Shown here: piece by piece, positions 41,131-53,000 of the stretch
Layout: every line of letters starts with the position of its first letter
How positions within the stretch are numbered: position 1 is the stretch's first letter
Assembly: GCA_041694815.1 (NCBI GenBank)
Contig: JBGFSC010000006.1
Coordinates: 24,937-88,936 of the forward strand
Reading direction: 5' to 3'
Origin: Elusimicrobiota bacterium
GTDB lineage: Bacteria > Elusimicrobiota > Elusimicrobia > UBA1565 > JACRDR01
Length of the DNA: 64,000 nt
Program-made: the position numbers and the translations under genes
The notes under the pieces: generated by a model
Seen by the model: the letters and a program-made list of their open reading frames with translations, nothing else
The model's database searches: none
Told to the model about the DNA's origin: nothing

Positions 41131-43166
41131 GATGGGACGAGCGGCTGGCCTCCAAGCTCCAAGGGCCCGCCTTGTGCGCCTACGCCTCGCGCCTGATCGG
41201 CTCCGACGCGAGGATGGTGCTTTGGGGCGGCGGCAATTCCTCGATCAAGACGGTCGAGCGCGACCATGCCGGCCGGGATACCGCCACCTTGTGGGTCAAG
41301 GCCAGCGGCTACGACATGAAGAGCATCACCGCGCAGGGCTTCTCCCCGCTGCGCCTGGAGGAATTGTTGCTGTTGCGCTCGAGGTCTCGCCTCAGCGACG
41401 AGGAGATGGTCGCCTACCAGATGCGCTGCCTAATGGATCCCAAGGCGGCCAAGCCCTCGATCGAGACCCTGCTGCATGCCTTCATCCCCGCGACCCATGT
41501 CTATCACACGCACGCCGACGCCGTCGCGGGATTCACCTGCACTCCCTCCAGCCGCGAGCGCACGCGCCGGGCCTTCGGCGACGGCGTTCTGTGGGTGCCC
41601 TACATCCGGCCGGGCTTCGAGCTCTCCAAAAGGGTCGCCGAGGCCGTGGCCTCCTCGCCCAAGGCCTGGGCCCTGATCCTCGACAAGCACGGCGCCTTGA
41701 CCTGGGCGGAGAGCGCCCGGCAGGCCTACGAAGCGATGCTTCGGTTGGTGCGCGCCGCGGGAAGGCCGCATCCCCTGCCGGGAGAGCGGGGGGAATGGCG
41801 GCCGCTGCGCCCGCGCGTCGCGCTTCCCTCGCCGGCCGCCAGGAGCGCGCGGGCCGCTCAACTGATGCCGTGGCTGCGCGGCACGCTCGGGGCAGAGCAG
41901 GCCTGCATCGTGCGCTGGAGCGATCATCCCGAGGTGCTGCGTTTCCTCGCGCACCCAAAAGCCACCGCGGCGGGAATGCGCGGGACTTTTACCCCCGATC
42001 ATACCCTGCAGACCAAGGCGCGGCCTTTGTATTGGCGCGGGCGGACGCGCGAGAGCCTCCGGAAGGCGGTCGAACGCTACCGCCATTGGCACCGCGACTA
42101 CTTCAGGTCGCAGGCGCCGGCCGGCGCCCAGGCGCCACAGGGGCATAACCCGCGCGTCGTGCTGGTCCCCGGCGTGGGGATGTTTTGCGCGGGCAAGGAC
42201 CGGCGCGCCGCCGGCATCTCCGAGGAGATCTACCGGCACACCATCGAGGTCATCGCGCGCGTCGGGTCCTTCAGCCGGTACACCCCCTTGGATTGGCGCC
42301 ATCTGGCCGCCGTCGAATTCTGGCCGATGGAGACCTATAAATACAAGCTGCTGCCTCCCGAGCGCGAGTTCTCGCGCAAGGTGGCGTTCGTCACTGGCGC
42401 CGCGGGCGCCATCGGCGCGGCGGCGGCCAGGCGCTTCTGCGAGGCCGGGGCCCATGTGGTCTTGGCGGATATCGATCTCGCGAGGGCGGCGGCTTTGCAG
42501 GAGGAGCTCAACCGGCGCTTCGGGGCCGAGCAGGCCCTGGCGGTCCGCCTGGACGTCGCGGACGAGGCCCAAGTCGAGAGGGCTTTCGAGGCCGCGGTGC
42601 TGGCCTACGGCGGCCTCGACGTGCTCTTCTCCAACGCGGGCATAGCCAAGTCGGCTCCCGTCGAAAGGCTGGAGCTGCGGGATTGGGAGCGGAGCCTCGC
42701 GGTGAACGCCACCGGGCATTTCCTATGCGCGCGAGCGGCCATGCGCCTGTTCGCCTCCCAAGGGACGGGAGGAGCCGTCGTCTTCAACGCCTCCAAGAAC
42801 GTGCTGGCTCCGGGCAAGGATTTTGCGGCCTACAGCGCGGCGAAGGCCGCCGAGACTCAGCTGGCGCGCGTGCTCGCCCTGGAGGGGGCGCCCCTCGGCG
42901 TGCGCGTCAATGTCGTCAATCCCGACGCGATCTTCGAGGGCTCGGGGCTCTGGTCGCCGGAGGTGCGCCGCCAGCGCGCGCGGGCACAGGGCATCCCCGT
43001 CGAACGCCTCGAGGAGCATTACGTTTCCCGCAATCTCCTAAAGACGCGCGTCACCGCCGCCGACGTCGCGGAGGCTGTCCTATTCCTCGCTTCGGATCGT
43101 TCGGCCAAGACCACGGGGGCCCTGCTGCCGGTGGACGGGGGGCTTCGAGAAGCCTTTCCCAGATAG
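41127..43166 (+). CDS. Bifunctional class II aldolase / short-chain dehydrogenase (rhamnulose-1-phosphate aldolase-dehydrogenase-like)
   Basis: [25 protein letters not shown]; then [23 protein letters not shown]. Confidence 0.88.
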   Translation: MRWDERLASKLQGPALCAYASRLIGSDARMVLWGGGNSSIKTVERDHAGRDTATLWVKASGYDMKSITAQGFSPLRLEELLLLRSRSRLSDEEMVAYQMRCLMDPKAAKPSIETLLHAFIPATHVYHTHADAVAGFTCTPSSRERTRRAFGDGVLWVPYIRPGFELSKRVAEAVASSPKAWALILDKHGALTWAESARQAYEAMLRLVRAAGRPHPLPGERGEWRPLRPRVALPSPAARSARAAQLMPWLRGTLGAEQACIVRWSDHPEVLRFLAHPKATAAGMRGTFTPDHTLQTKARPLYWRGRTRESLRKAVERYRHWHRDYFRSQAPAGAQAPQGHNPRVVLVPGVGMFCAGKDRRAAGISEEIYRHTIEVIARVGSFSRYTPLDWRHLAAVEFWPMETYKYKLLPPEREFSRKVAFVTGAAGAIGAAAARRFCEAGAHVVLADIDLARAAALQEELNRRFGAEQALAVRLDVADEAQVERAFEAAVLAYGGLDVLFSNAGIAKSAPVERLELRDWERSLAVNATGHFLCARAAMRLFASQGTGGAVVFNASKNVLAPGKDFAAYSAAKAAETQLARVLALEGAPLGVRVNVVNPDAIFEGSGLWSPEVRRQRARAQGIPVERLEEHYVSRNLLKTRVTAADVAEAVLFLASDRSAKTTGALLPVDGGLREAFPR

Positions 43167-43174
43167 GCCCAGCG

Positions 43175-45019
43175 ATGCAGCAAAGAAAGCGCCTCGTTTT
43201 ATTGGGCAAGGACGGGCCCGTCGCCGAGTCCCTCAAGTCCGCGGCGGAGGCGCGCGGCATTGCCGTATTCCTCGCGGCTTCCGTCCACGACGCCGAGTCG
43301 ATCTGGTCTAAACCTGACGCGCGCGTCCTCGGCGTCGTGCTTGACGCGGCCTCGGCGCCGCCGGGCCTGGCCGCGGCCTTAGGAAGCCTTGGGCGGAAAG
43401 CGCCGCAGCCGGTGATCTTGGGCGGCTCGGCCGGCTCCTCAATTCTCGAGAGGGTGTCCTGGCCCTTGGACCCCGGCTGGGTCGAAACGCTCAAAAGGGA
43501 GGCGGGGCGCCCGACCGTCATCTTTTGCGAGCGCACCCTCTTCGTCACCGGCATGCTGCAAGGCGCCTTATCTCAGGCCCAGCTCGCCGCCGTTCCCATG
43601 GAGACCGCCATGGGCGTCGCGCAATCCCTGGGTCAGGGAACCTTCTGGAACGCCGTGGGGGGCAGGAGCCGAATCCTGTTGGTCCTATGGAAAGAGACCC
43701 TGCGCCAAGCCGAGGAGGCGGCTGCCAAGATCCTGGCGTCGGTTCCCGAGGCCCGCTGCGCCTTCGTAGTCACCGCGAGCCCGCTGCATCTGGCCGAACG
43801 CGCCTTCCGCCGTGGCGAGCCCGTTTTCCTGCCGCCCGCGCTGGCCGGCAAGGTGCCGGCCCTGCTTGAGGGGGCTGCCGCGGACGACCCGAGCGAAAAA
43901 AGCCGGGTGCTGCTCGTCGAGAACAACCAGCAGTACATGGTGCAATTAGCGATGAACCTGATGGCGGAGGGCGTGGAGGTCGCCGCGACAACGAAGGCCG
44001 AGGAAGCCTTGGAGATGGCCGAGAACGACCGCTTTTACGTGGCCTTGGTCGGCGCCGCGATGGCCTTCGCGAAGAAGACGGGGCTGGAGCTCGCGCAAAA
44101 GCTGCGGGAGACCGACCCGGCCATGCGGCTCATCCTGATGGTCGACCGCTTCCCGCCGGAGGCGGCCCTCAAGGGCGTCAGCCAGGCCGTCGAATTCGGG
44201 CTCGACGAGTGCCTGCTCAAGCCGGCCGAGCCGGCGCGACTCAAGCAGGCGATCGGTCTGGCTCTCGAGCGCCGGCGCATGCTGCTTGAAAACGCCCGGC
44301 TGCTTACCGAACTGCGCGTTTCCAACGAGAAGCTCGAGCAGCTCAACGGATTCCAATCCAAGTTCTTCGCCACGGTGGCCCACGACGTGAAGAATCCGCT
44401 GACGGCCATCCGCGGCTACGCCGAGCTGCTCGGAGAGAAGGTCCCTTCGGAGCTCAAGCGCTTCACGCAGCATATCCAGTCCTCCGCCAAGACCCTGGAG
44501 GCGTTGGTCTCCGACCTCGTCGATTACGCGGCGATCGAGTCGGGGAAGCTCCGGGTCAGCCTGGAGCCGTGTGAGCTCTCAAAGGTCGTATCCGAGGTGC
44601 GCTCCCGGGTGCAGGTGGTCGCCGAGCAGCGCAAGATACGCTTCGACGTGCAACTACCGCCCGCGCTGCCCAAGATCTCCGGGGATCCGCTCCGCCTGGG
44701 GCAGGTGATCCAAAACCTTTGCAGCAACGCGATCCAATATACCCCCGAGGGCGGCCAAGTGACGCTTCGCGTCGAGTTGGGACCGAAGGAAATCACGGTC
44801 GGGGTGCTAGACACCGGCATCGGCATATCCAAGGAAGATCTCCCCCGTGTCTTCCAGCGCTTTTTCCAGACCGAGGCCGCGCAGAAGATGCGCCGCGCGG
44901 GCTTCGGCCTCGGGCTTAAAATTGCCCAAGAGATCGTCAAGGCCCACGGCGGCAACATGGGCGTTGAGTCGGAGCTGGGCAAGGGTTCGCGCTTCTATTT
45001 CACTCTTCCGGTGCCATGA
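43175..45019 (+). CDS. Cytoplasmic histidine kinase with degenerate receiver domain(s)
   Basis: [34 protein letters not shown]; preceding receiver-like RVLLVENN...LLKP. Confidence 0.88.
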   Translation: MQQRKRLVLLGKDGPVAESLKSAAEARGIAVFLAASVHDAESIWSKPDARVLGVVLDAASAPPGLAAALGSLGRKAPQPVILGGSAGSSILERVSWPLDPGWVETLKREAGRPTVIFCERTLFVTGMLQGALSQAQLAAVPMETAMGVAQSLGQGTFWNAVGGRSRILLVLWKETLRQAEEAAAKILASVPEARCAFVVTASPLHLAERAFRRGEPVFLPPALAGKVPALLEGAAADDPSEKSRVLLVENNQQYMVQLAMNLMAEGVEVAATTKAEEALEMAENDRFYVALVGAAMAFAKKTGLELAQKLRETDPAMRLILMVDRFPPEAALKGVSQAVEFGLDECLLKPAEPARLKQAIGLALERRRMLLENARLLTELRVSNEKLEQLNGFQSKFFATVAHDVKNPLTAIRGYAELLGEKVPSELKRFTQHIQSSAKTLEALVSDLVDYAAIESGKLRVSLEPCELSKVVSEVRSRVQVVAEQRKIRFDVQLPPALPKISGDPLRLGQVIQNLCSNAIQYTPEGGQVTLRVELGPKEITVGVLDTGIGISKEDLPRVFQRFFQTEAAQKMRRAGFGLGLKIAQEIVKAHGGNMGVESELGKGSRFYFTLPVP

Positions 45020-47001
45020 GCCGACTCTCCGGCTTAAGGTCCCTATTGGACGGCGGGAGCCTTCTGACGGGAGAGGCCGACCTGCTTTCCTACTCGTACG
45101 ACGGCGCCCTCGACCGCGGACGCCCGGAGGCGGTGGTCCTGGCGTCGAACGCCGAGGAGGTGCGCCGCGTCGTGGACTGGTGCCTCCGGCGCGGAGTCCC
45201 CTTCGTCGCGCGCGGCGCGGGCACGAATCTCTCGGGGGGCTGCGTGGCGCTGAGGGGAGGCGTCGTCATCTCCTTGGCGAAACTCGACCGCATCCTCGAG
45301 ATCGATTCCGAGACGGGGGTCGCCGTGGTCGAGCCCGGCGTCGTCAATCTCCACCTGCAAAAGCGCCTGGAGGGGCTCGGCCGCTTTTACGCCCCGGACC
45401 CCGCTTCCTACCGCGTCTGCACCCTGGGGGGCAACGCGGCCGAGAACGCCGGGGGGCCACGCTGCCTCAAATACGGCGTCACTACGAACCATGTATTGGC
45501 CGTGGAGGCGGTGATGCCCGACGCCACGCTGCGGCGCTTCTCGATCGACGAGGCCGGACCCGAGGTGCTCGGCCTGCTGGTGGGCGCCGAGGGGACGTTG
45601 GGCGTTCTCACGAAGCTGTGGCTGCGCACGCTGCCCCTTCCCGAGACGATACGCACCCTCCTAGTCGCGTTCCCCTCCTTGGAGGGCGCGATGGCCTGCG
45701 TCTCGGGGATCATCGCCGCGGGAGTGCTGCCGCGCGTCTTGGAGGCGATGGACCGCGCTACGGTCGAGTCCATCGAGGCCTACTGCCGCGCCGGTTATCC
45801 GGCATCGGCGGCGGTGCTGCTCATCGAGCTCGACGGCGCGGCCGCGCAAGTGGCGGTCGAAACCGGCGTCGTCGAGCGCCTTTGCCGAAAGCACGACTGC
45901 GGTGAGTTCCGCCAGGCGGACGACCCCGCGGAGCGGGACCGGCTCTGGGAAGGGCGGCGCGGGGCCTACGCGGCCCTGGCCAGGGTGGCGCCCAACGTGC
46001 TGGTCGAAGACGGGGTCGTGCCGCGCAGCGCGTTGGCCGAGGCGGCCCGCCGCGTGGATGCGATCGCCAAACGCCACCGCGTCCGCGCGGCCCTCCTCTT
46101 TCATGCGGGAGATGGCAACTTGCATCCCAATATCGCCTTCGACGAGCGCGACGCGGACCAAACGCGCCGCGTCAAGGCCGCCGGCCGCGAGATTTTGGAG
46201 GCCTGCATCGAGCTCGGCGGTTCCATCTCCGGCGAACACGGCATCGGCATCGACAAGCGCGAGGCGATGTCCTGGCTGTTCACCCAGCCGACCTTGGACC
46301 TGTTTCGCCGGATCAAGCGCGAATTCGACCCAGGGGGATTGTCGAACCCGGACAAACTGTTTCCCTCGAGCGCGTCGCCTCCGCGCCGCGTGTCCCGGCC
46401 GCTATCCCCCGCGCAGAAGGCGGTCGTAGACCGCCTAGGCTCCTTGTCCTCCCCCGTGACTCCTCGCGGGACGGGGACGAAGCTTCCCGAGGGCGCCCTA
46501 AAGATCGAGATCCTTGAGACTTCCGGAATGAACGCCGTGCTCGAGCTCGACGCCGCCAATTTCACCGTCACCGTCGAGGCCGGTATCACGCTTCGCCGTT
46601 TAAGGGAAGAGCTGCGCGGGCGCGGGCTCGAGCTGGGCCTGGCGGTTTCGGAGGGGACGGTCGGGGGGCTTATCGGCGCCAAATCCGATCCGCGGCTTCG
46701 CGACCGGCTCTTGGGGGTGCGCGCGGCCCTGGCGGGCGGCGAGGTCGTCGAGCTCGGCGGCAAGGTAGTCAAGAACGTCGCCGGATACGACGTGTGCAAG
46801 CTCCTTTTGGGTTCCTGGGGCTCGCTGGCGGTGATCTTGGAGGCGACCTTGCGGGTGTTTCCCGCATCCTCAAAAAACGAGCCGCCGTTGCTGGAGCCGC
46901 CGGCCTTTGAGCCCTTTAAGCCCAATCCTTGGCAGCGCGCCGCCAAGCGCGCCTTCGACCCTGGCAATCTCCTGAGCCCTTGGGTGTTCGGCAGTGAATA
47001 A
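45016..47001 (+). CDS. glcD: Glycolate oxidase GlcD with fused C-terminal GlcE-like FAD-binding segment
   Basis: [43 protein letters not shown]; then [21 protein letters not shown]. Confidence 0.85.
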   Translation: MSRLSGLRSLLDGGSLLTGEADLLSYSYDGALDRGRPEAVVLASNAEEVRRVVDWCLRRGVPFVARGAGTNLSGGCVALRGGVVISLAKLDRILEIDSETGVAVVEPGVVNLHLQKRLEGLGRFYAPDPASYRVCTLGGNAAENAGGPRCLKYGVTTNHVLAVEAVMPDATLRRFSIDEAGPEVLGLLVGAEGTLGVLTKLWLRTLPLPETIRTLLVAFPSLEGAMACVSGIIAAGVLPRVLEAMDRATVESIEAYCRAGYPASAAVLLIELDGAAAQVAVETGVVERLCRKHDCGEFRQADDPAERDRLWEGRRGAYAALARVAPNVLVEDGVVPRSALAEAARRVDAIAKRHRVRAALLFHAGDGNLHPNIAFDERDADQTRRVKAAGREILEACIELGGSISGEHGIGIDKREAMSWLFTQPTLDLFRRIKREFDPGGLSNPDKLFPSSASPPRRVSRPLSPAQKAVVDRLGSLSSPVTPRGTGTKLPEGALKIEILETSGMNAVLELDAANFTVTVEAGITLRRLREELRGRGLELGLAVSEGTVGGLIGAKSDPRLRDRLLGVRAALAGGEVVELGGKVVKNVAGYDVCKLLLGSWGSLAVILEATLRVFPASSKNEPPLLEPPAFEPFKPNPWQRAAKRAFDPGNLLSPWVFGSE

Positions 47002-48208
47002 CACCCTGGACAAACTTCGCACGGCCCTGGGCGAGCGATCGAGCTACGACGCGGCCAGCCAATGCAGCCGCTGCGGCTACTGCGAGCAGGCCTGCCCCAC
47101 CTACGCGTTGAGCGGGCGCGAGGCCTTTTCGCCGCGCGGGCGCAACCAGCTCTTCCGCATGATGCTGGAGGGCAAACTGAAGGAGCCTGCATCGGCCCAG
47201 GAGGCTCTCTCGACCTGCCTGCTCTGCGGCGCCTGCAGCACGGCCTGCTACGCGCATATCCCCACTCCCGATATCGTCCTGGAGGGGCGGCGCAGCGCTC
47301 GGGCGTTCGCTCCGTTGTGGGCCCGCGTCGCCGCCTGGCTGCTCGAGAGGCCCAGGGTTTTGTCGGCGGCGCTGCGTTTGGCGGCGGCCCTGCAGCGCCT
47401 GGGGCTCTCCGCCTTGGCCGAGGCGCTCGGACGGCCACTGCCCCGCCTTCCCGGGCGCAGCTTTCGGTCCCGGGACGTGGAGGGCCCTCGAGGCTCCTGG
47501 GCCTATTTCGCGGCCTGCGGACCGAATTATTTGTTTCCCGAGGCCGCGCAGTCGAGCTGCGCGGCCTTGGAGAAAAGCCGAGGCCCCGGTGGCCTGCTCC
47601 AAGGATGCTGCGGGCTTATCAGCTATAACTACGGCGAGCTGGAGAAGGCGCGGGACTGCGCTCGGAGGCTTATCGAACGCTTCGAGTCCAGCGGCGCCCA
47701 AGACTTGGTCGGCGACTGTTCCTCCTGCGTCGCGCATCTGAAGGCCTACCCGCAGCTGTTCTTGGGCGATCCGGCCTGGCTGCCCCGGGCCGAGAAATTC
47801 TCCGCGCGGGTACGCGATTTCATCGAGCTGCCGTTGGACGCCGCCCGGCGGCAGGGGGCTCGGACGGAGGAAAAGATAACGTATCACGACTCATGCCGCG
47901 CCCGGCACGGTCAGGGCCTGCATGAGGCACCGCGCCGCCTGCTGCGCGAGGCTTACGCAGGTTCCTTCGTGGAGCTGCCCGAGGCCGATTGGTGCTGCGG
48001 CGGGGCCGGGGCCTTTTCCTTCCTGCATCCGGAGTTATCGGAGGAGATACTCCGCAGGAAGATCGACAACATCGCCTCGACGGGCGCCCGTATCGTCGCC
48101 ACCAGCTCGACCTCCTGCCTGCTCCAGCTTGCCCGTGGCCTGAAGAAATACTACCCTGAATGCCGCGTGCTCCATCTTTCCCAAGCGCTCGCGCAGCGGC
48201 CCCGCTGA
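46994..48208 (+). CDS. glcF: GlcF-like Fe-S oxidoreductase
   Basis: CSRCGYCEQACPTY, CLLCGACSTAC, two CCG motifs, YHDSC. Confidence 0.85.
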   Translation: MNNTLDKLRTALGERSSYDAASQCSRCGYCEQACPTYALSGREAFSPRGRNQLFRMMLEGKLKEPASAQEALSTCLLCGACSTACYAHIPTPDIVLEGRRSARAFAPLWARVAAWLLERPRVLSAALRLAAALQRLGLSALAEALGRPLPRLPGRSFRSRDVEGPRGSWAYFAACGPNYLFPEAAQSSCAALEKSRGPGGLLQGCCGLISYNYGELEKARDCARRLIERFESSGAQDLVGDCSSCVAHLKAYPQLFLGDPAWLPRAEKFSARVRDFIELPLDAARRQGARTEEKITYHDSCRARHGQGLHEAPRRLLREAYAGSFVELPEADWCCGGAGAFSFLHPELSEEILRRKIDNIASTGARIVATSSTSCLLQLARGLKKYYPECRVLHLSQALAQRPR

Positions 48209-48209
48209 C

Positions 48210-49361
48210 ATGGGACGCCGACAAGACCTGGAACGCCGCCAGATGCTGCTGGCTCGATTCGGGCGGCGCATCGCCAGCGAGACCCGCCTAGACAACCTGC
48301 TGACCCTGATTGCCGAGGAGGTGCGCCATATACTCGGGGCCGACCGCTGCTCGGTATTCCTCGTCGACGCGGCCAAGAACGAGCTTTGGACCAAGGTCGC
48401 CCTGGGCGTGGGGGAGAAGGTGCTGCGCATCCCCGTGGGGCACGGCATCGCCGGCTTTGTCGCCAAGACCGGATCCGCCGTCAACATACGCGACGCCTAC
48501 CGCGACACGCGCTTCGCCCAGGACTTGGACAAGATCACGGGTTACCAGACGAAAAGCGTCCTGGCGGTCCCGCTCAAGGACCGTGAGGGCAAGGCCCTCG
48601 GGGTCTTCGAGATACTCAACAAGACGAAGGGATCCTTCAACGAGGAAGACGAGGGCTTCCTGCGCATCCTGGCTACGATCGCCGCCTCCGCGATCGAGAA
48701 CGCGCAGCTCTACGAGAACCTGCGCAAGTCGCACCTGGAGACCATCTACCGGCTGGCCATGGTCGCCGAATACCGCGACCAGACCGACACCGCCAAGCAC
48801 CTGCGCCACATCTCCAAGTACTCGGCCGTCGTCGCCGCGCAACTGGGCATGCCTTACGAGATCGTCGAGGATATCCGCTACGCGAGTCCGCTGCACGACA
48901 TCGGCAAGGTGGCCATTCCCGACGCGATCCTGCTTAAGCCCGGCAAGCTCACTCCCGAGGAGTACGAGGAGATGAAGAAGCACCCGATCTACGGGGCGCG
49001 GATGCTCGAGAACGCCGAGACGAGGCTGCTGCAGCTGGCCTGCCGCATCGCGATCGCGCATCACGAGCATTTCGACGGCAGCGGTTATCCCAATGGGTTG
49101 CGGGGAGACCAGATCCCGCTGGAGGCGCGCATCGTTTCCGTGGTGGACGTATTTGACGCGCTCACCACCCGCCGGGTTTATAAAGGCGCCTGGAGCCTCG
49201 AGGAGACCTTCAAGTACATGAACGACCAGGCGGGCCGCCTGTTCGACCCCATGATCACCGACGCGTTCTCCAAATGCGTCCCGGAGATACAGGAGATACT
49301 AAGCGAAGAGATCGTCTCGACCGAGGCCCTCGCCTCGGCGCAATCGGGCGGGGAGGCTTAA
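48210..49361 (+). CDS. GAF + HD-GYP phosphodiesterase
   Basis: GAF (GIAGFVA, LNKTKGSF); LHDIGK, HHEHFDGSGYP, DVFDALT. Confidence 0.92.
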   Translation: MGRRQDLERRQMLLARFGRRIASETRLDNLLTLIAEEVRHILGADRCSVFLVDAAKNELWTKVALGVGEKVLRIPVGHGIAGFVAKTGSAVNIRDAYRDTRFAQDLDKITGYQTKSVLAVPLKDREGKALGVFEILNKTKGSFNEEDEGFLRILATIAASAIENAQLYENLRKSHLETIYRLAMVAEYRDQTDTAKHLRHISKYSAVVAAQLGMPYEIVEDIRYASPLHDIGKVAIPDAILLKPGKLTPEEYEEMKKHPIYGARMLENAETRLLQLACRIAIAHHEHFDGSGYPNGLRGDQIPLEARIVSVVDVFDALTTRRVYKGAWSLEETFKYMNDQAGRLFDPMITDAFSKCVPEIQEILSEEIVSTEALASAQSGGEA

Positions 49362-49362
49362 C

Positions 49363-50022
49363 ATGCGTCCATTGAAAATCATCGGGGTATTAGCGGCGCT
49401 GGCGTCGCCGTCGCCGGCCCTGCCGGCGGATCAGCCGGCGGCCGCCCCCTGGCGGCTGCTCATCATCGGCCCGCCCGGCTCGGGCAAGACCACGCATGCC
49501 TCACGCCTCGCCGCCGAATACGGCGCCCTGCGCGTGAGCAGCGGCGAGTTGCTCCGCGAGGCCGCCAAGACCGATCGGGACATCGCCGATACCATCGCGA
49601 AGGGGCAATTGGTCGATACCCCGACGGTCATCGCCTTGGTGCGCTCGCGGCTCGCGCGAGAGGACGTGCAAAAAGGCGGGTTTATCCTCGACGGCTTCCC
49701 GCGCACGCGGGAGCAAGCCAAGGCCCTGCTGCCGATGCTCCGCGAGCTCGGGCTGCGCCTGGACGCGGTCATCGAGCTGCGCGTTCCCGAGAGCGAGCTC
49801 AAGCGCCGGATCCTGGGCCGCAAGGACGGGCGCAGCGACGACAACGAGAAGGTGTTCGCCGAACGCATGCGCGTTTACAGGGAGCAGACCGAGCCCGTGC
49901 TTCAGTACTTGGGCGGAAAGGTCCCGTTTTTGAGGCCGGATGTCGGCATGAACGACCCCGAGGCCGCTTACCGCAACGTCAAGAAGGCGCTGGAAAGCCT
50001 GCCCAAAAAGCGGCCGGTTTAA
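49363..50022 (+). CDS. adk: Adenylate/NMP kinase (short LID) with signal-like N-terminal extension
   Basis: GPPGSGKTT, SSGELLR, GQLV, GFILDGFPRT, GRSDDNE; about 28-aa extension MRPLKIIGVLAALASPSPALPA. Confidence 0.85.
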   Translation: MRPLKIIGVLAALASPSPALPADQPAAAPWRLLIIGPPGSGKTTHASRLAAEYGALRVSSGELLREAAKTDRDIADTIAKGQLVDTPTVIALVRSRLAREDVQKGGFILDGFPRTREQAKALLPMLRELGLRLDAVIELRVPESELKRRILGRKDGRSDDNEKVFAERMRVYREQTEPVLQYLGGKVPFLRPDVGMNDPEAAYRNVKKALESLPKKRPV

Positions 50023-53000
50023 TCTTGGGTGGCGGCCTTAAAGGCGGGCCATTCCTCAAGCAGCGCCTTAAACATCCTCTCGCGACCTTTCTTGGGTTTC
50101 CAGCCGCCTCGAGGGTCCGATACGCCGATATCCTCAAGCACGCTCATGGGATGAGACTTCTTTGTCTTCCGTATGAATTGGGGATAGCGATTATCGGCCA
50201 AGGCCTTGAATTCCGGCCATTCGCGCTTTAAGCGATCGAACAGGGAATCCCGGCCGGAACGCGCCTTCCAAATGCCGCTTTCCTCATCGAGCGCCGCGAT
50301 GCTCTCGAGCACCTCTTGGACCGGCATCTGCGGAAACAGCCCAATGGTCAGGCGGGTATTCGCCGAAGTTCGATTGCCTTTGAACTTTTCGAGAAGAGTC
50401 CCCACGAGCGCGGCGCCGGAGGTTACGGTCGCCAAGGCGGCCTCCGCGGCGCCGGCTACCGGCAATAGCCAATGGGCGAATTGATGCTGGTATTGCATCT
50501 GAGTGGCGGCGCTGTTGAACAGGCTCAGGTTGTTGGAGTTGGCCTGGACCTGGACGGCTACCTCGGGCCCTCCGATCCAGGCAGCGACGGCGATCGCCGG
50601 CAGCGCGATCAACGAGGCAATGCCCAAATGCTTTAGCGCCCTTTGCCCACGCATGCCCAGGGGGATTTTGGCCAAAACGGGGTTCTCCTTTTCTACCTGT
50701 TCGTAGAACGAGATCAGATTATTGACGTTCGCGAGATCGGGCCGGCGCTCATAGGCCGTCTTGGCCATCGAGGTCAGCCGCTTCATCGTCCATTCGGCGA
50801 CCTCGTTTCCCTTGGGGTCGCCTGCCGCCGGGGCCAGGTATCGCCGGTTCTCGAAAAGAGTGTCGAAGGTCGCGGGATTGACCAGATCGGGCCTCGACTT
50901 GATGAGCCCTTCATAGAGGTCCAGTATCGCCCGCACGCGACGGACCGGAGCCCAGCGGCCTTGATGCCTCGCCGCGTCCGCGTCAGAAATCTTTTTGGTC
51001 GTTATGGTCCTATCATAATAACCCGAGCTGGTATCGGTTCTGCCGCGACCGCCGCCCAGGACCTGCTTGATAAAGGTGTTGATGGCCTCGCGCAGGAACT
51101 TCTCGAGCTCCGGCGAAAGGGCGCCCGGGTTGTCTTTGATCGTGCGCTCGAGCGTTTCTATGTTTTCCAGCGCGGTCTGCGGCGCCGTCTTGGGATCGAA
51201 GAGGGATAGCGCGAGCTTCATCACGTCGACGGCCGGAGTCGCCGGGGGCGTTTCAACCGGAACAGCGATCGGTTCCGCGGCCGGTTTCGGGGCGGCCTGC
51301 GTTTCCTTTTTCTCCGTTCGGCCCTCGAAAAGGGGGCTGACGGCCTCTCGCAGGGCCGCTCCTAGATCGGCCGGCTTGGCCGCGGGTTTGCGCTCTTTTG
51401 CCTCCGGCTTGGCGGCGGGCCTTGGCTCCGGCTTTTCTTTCTCGGGTTTCTTCTCCGGCTCGGGGAGCGCCTCCTCCGTCATGGGCCATTCCAGCCAGAG
51501 CGAGGACCCCTTCTTTCCCTTCGAATAGCCGATCCTGCCTCCGGCCTTGACCAGCGCGCGCCTGAGATCGGCCAGTTCGATGTCTTGGGGCACCGACGAA
51601 TCCGCGCTGTTTCTGCCCAAGAGCCGGCAGAGCCGTATCTCCTCGTCGTAGGGCATGCGCCCGTCGAAATCGACCTTGAGCTTGACCAATTTTTTCTTGA
51701 TCTGCCAGGACAGATTCACATGCCGAGTCGAGTTCGTCCTCTCGAGCACATCCATCAGCTTCTTTTGCAATTGTTCCTTTCCGGGACCATTGTGGGTGGC
51801 GGCCGCCTGCTCCATCTCCAGGACGCTCCTAGTCCAATTCGGGCCTTCCATCGCCCTCAAGGTATCTTCGAGATTGATGTTCTTCGCGGCGCCGACGAGC
51901 ACCTTGGCGGCTTTCGCGACGGGGTCCGACCATTTCTCGGGCAGCCTCGTTCGAAGCGAGATGAGCGAGTCCTTGAGCGCGGGATCCGCTCCGCGATGCT
52001 GCGTGAGATCATCGGAGCGATGCTCGGCGGCGAATTCGGCCTGCGCGCCGCGTGCGCTAAACCAGGAGCCCAGGCCTCCCGGCAGGTTTCCGTTCAAGGC
52101 CTCATCAAGCAGCTCGGTGGTCAATAGCTCTCCGGACTTGAGTTCGCCGAGCAGTTGCTCGAGCCTATCGGAAAGCGCCTGGGCCGCCGGATTCGTGGAG
52201 TGGAGTCCCGACGCCTTCTTGCTCTTGGGGGCTTTCTCTATCTGGATCGCGCCATCGGCGGCGATGATCGCCTTGTCGCCGCGCTCCAAGGCCTGTTCGA
52301 TCAGCCGGCCCGACAAGGGATCATCGAGCCTGGAGGCTATGGCTTGGTTCATCGCTCGCGCTCCTTTTCGACGGCTGTAGCCTTCCGCGAGCAATTGGGC
52401 CGTCAGGGCCTCCTTGTCGGCCAATTCCACTTCGATCGAGTGGGCGGTCTTCCAGCGCCCTTGCAATTGCTTCAGGCGTAATTCGATGATCTTGCGCACC
52501 TCTTCTTCCTTCAGCGGGGCGAATACATCGATGACGTTCAGTCGGCCGAGGAACTCGGGCCTAAACGGCGAGCCGAGGTCCTTGAACGGCGATTGGGGCT
52601 TCTTGATCGCTTCCCAAACCTTTTCCTTGAAGGCCTCGTCGGTCATGCTATCGAAGTCGGGGGGTACGCCGAAATTGGAGGTAAAGACCAGGATGGTGTT
52701 GGAGAAATCCACCGGTCTTCCCTGCGCGTCATTGGCCGCGCCGTCCTCCAGGATCGAGAGGAAGAGGTTGAGGATATCCGGGTGCATCTTCTCGACCTCG
52801 TCCATCAGGATGACGCTCTGCGGCTTGCGGCGGACCCGGTCCATCAAGGTGTCGGTCTCTCCGAATCCGACATAGCCGGGCGGGGATCCCTGGATGACCG
52901 AGATGCGGTGCCCCTCCTGCAGTTCGCCGCCGTTGTACTTGATGAGGCTCTTTTCGACGTCCTCGATATTCCAGAGGGCCCGTCCGAGAAGCCTCGCGTA

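Noticed and set aside
39056..43174. Upstream extensions of ORFs 39056, 39511 and 42683 as fusions
   Set aside because: The extensions lie within preceding genes in other frames; the real starts (39458, 39751, 43175) abut upstream stops.
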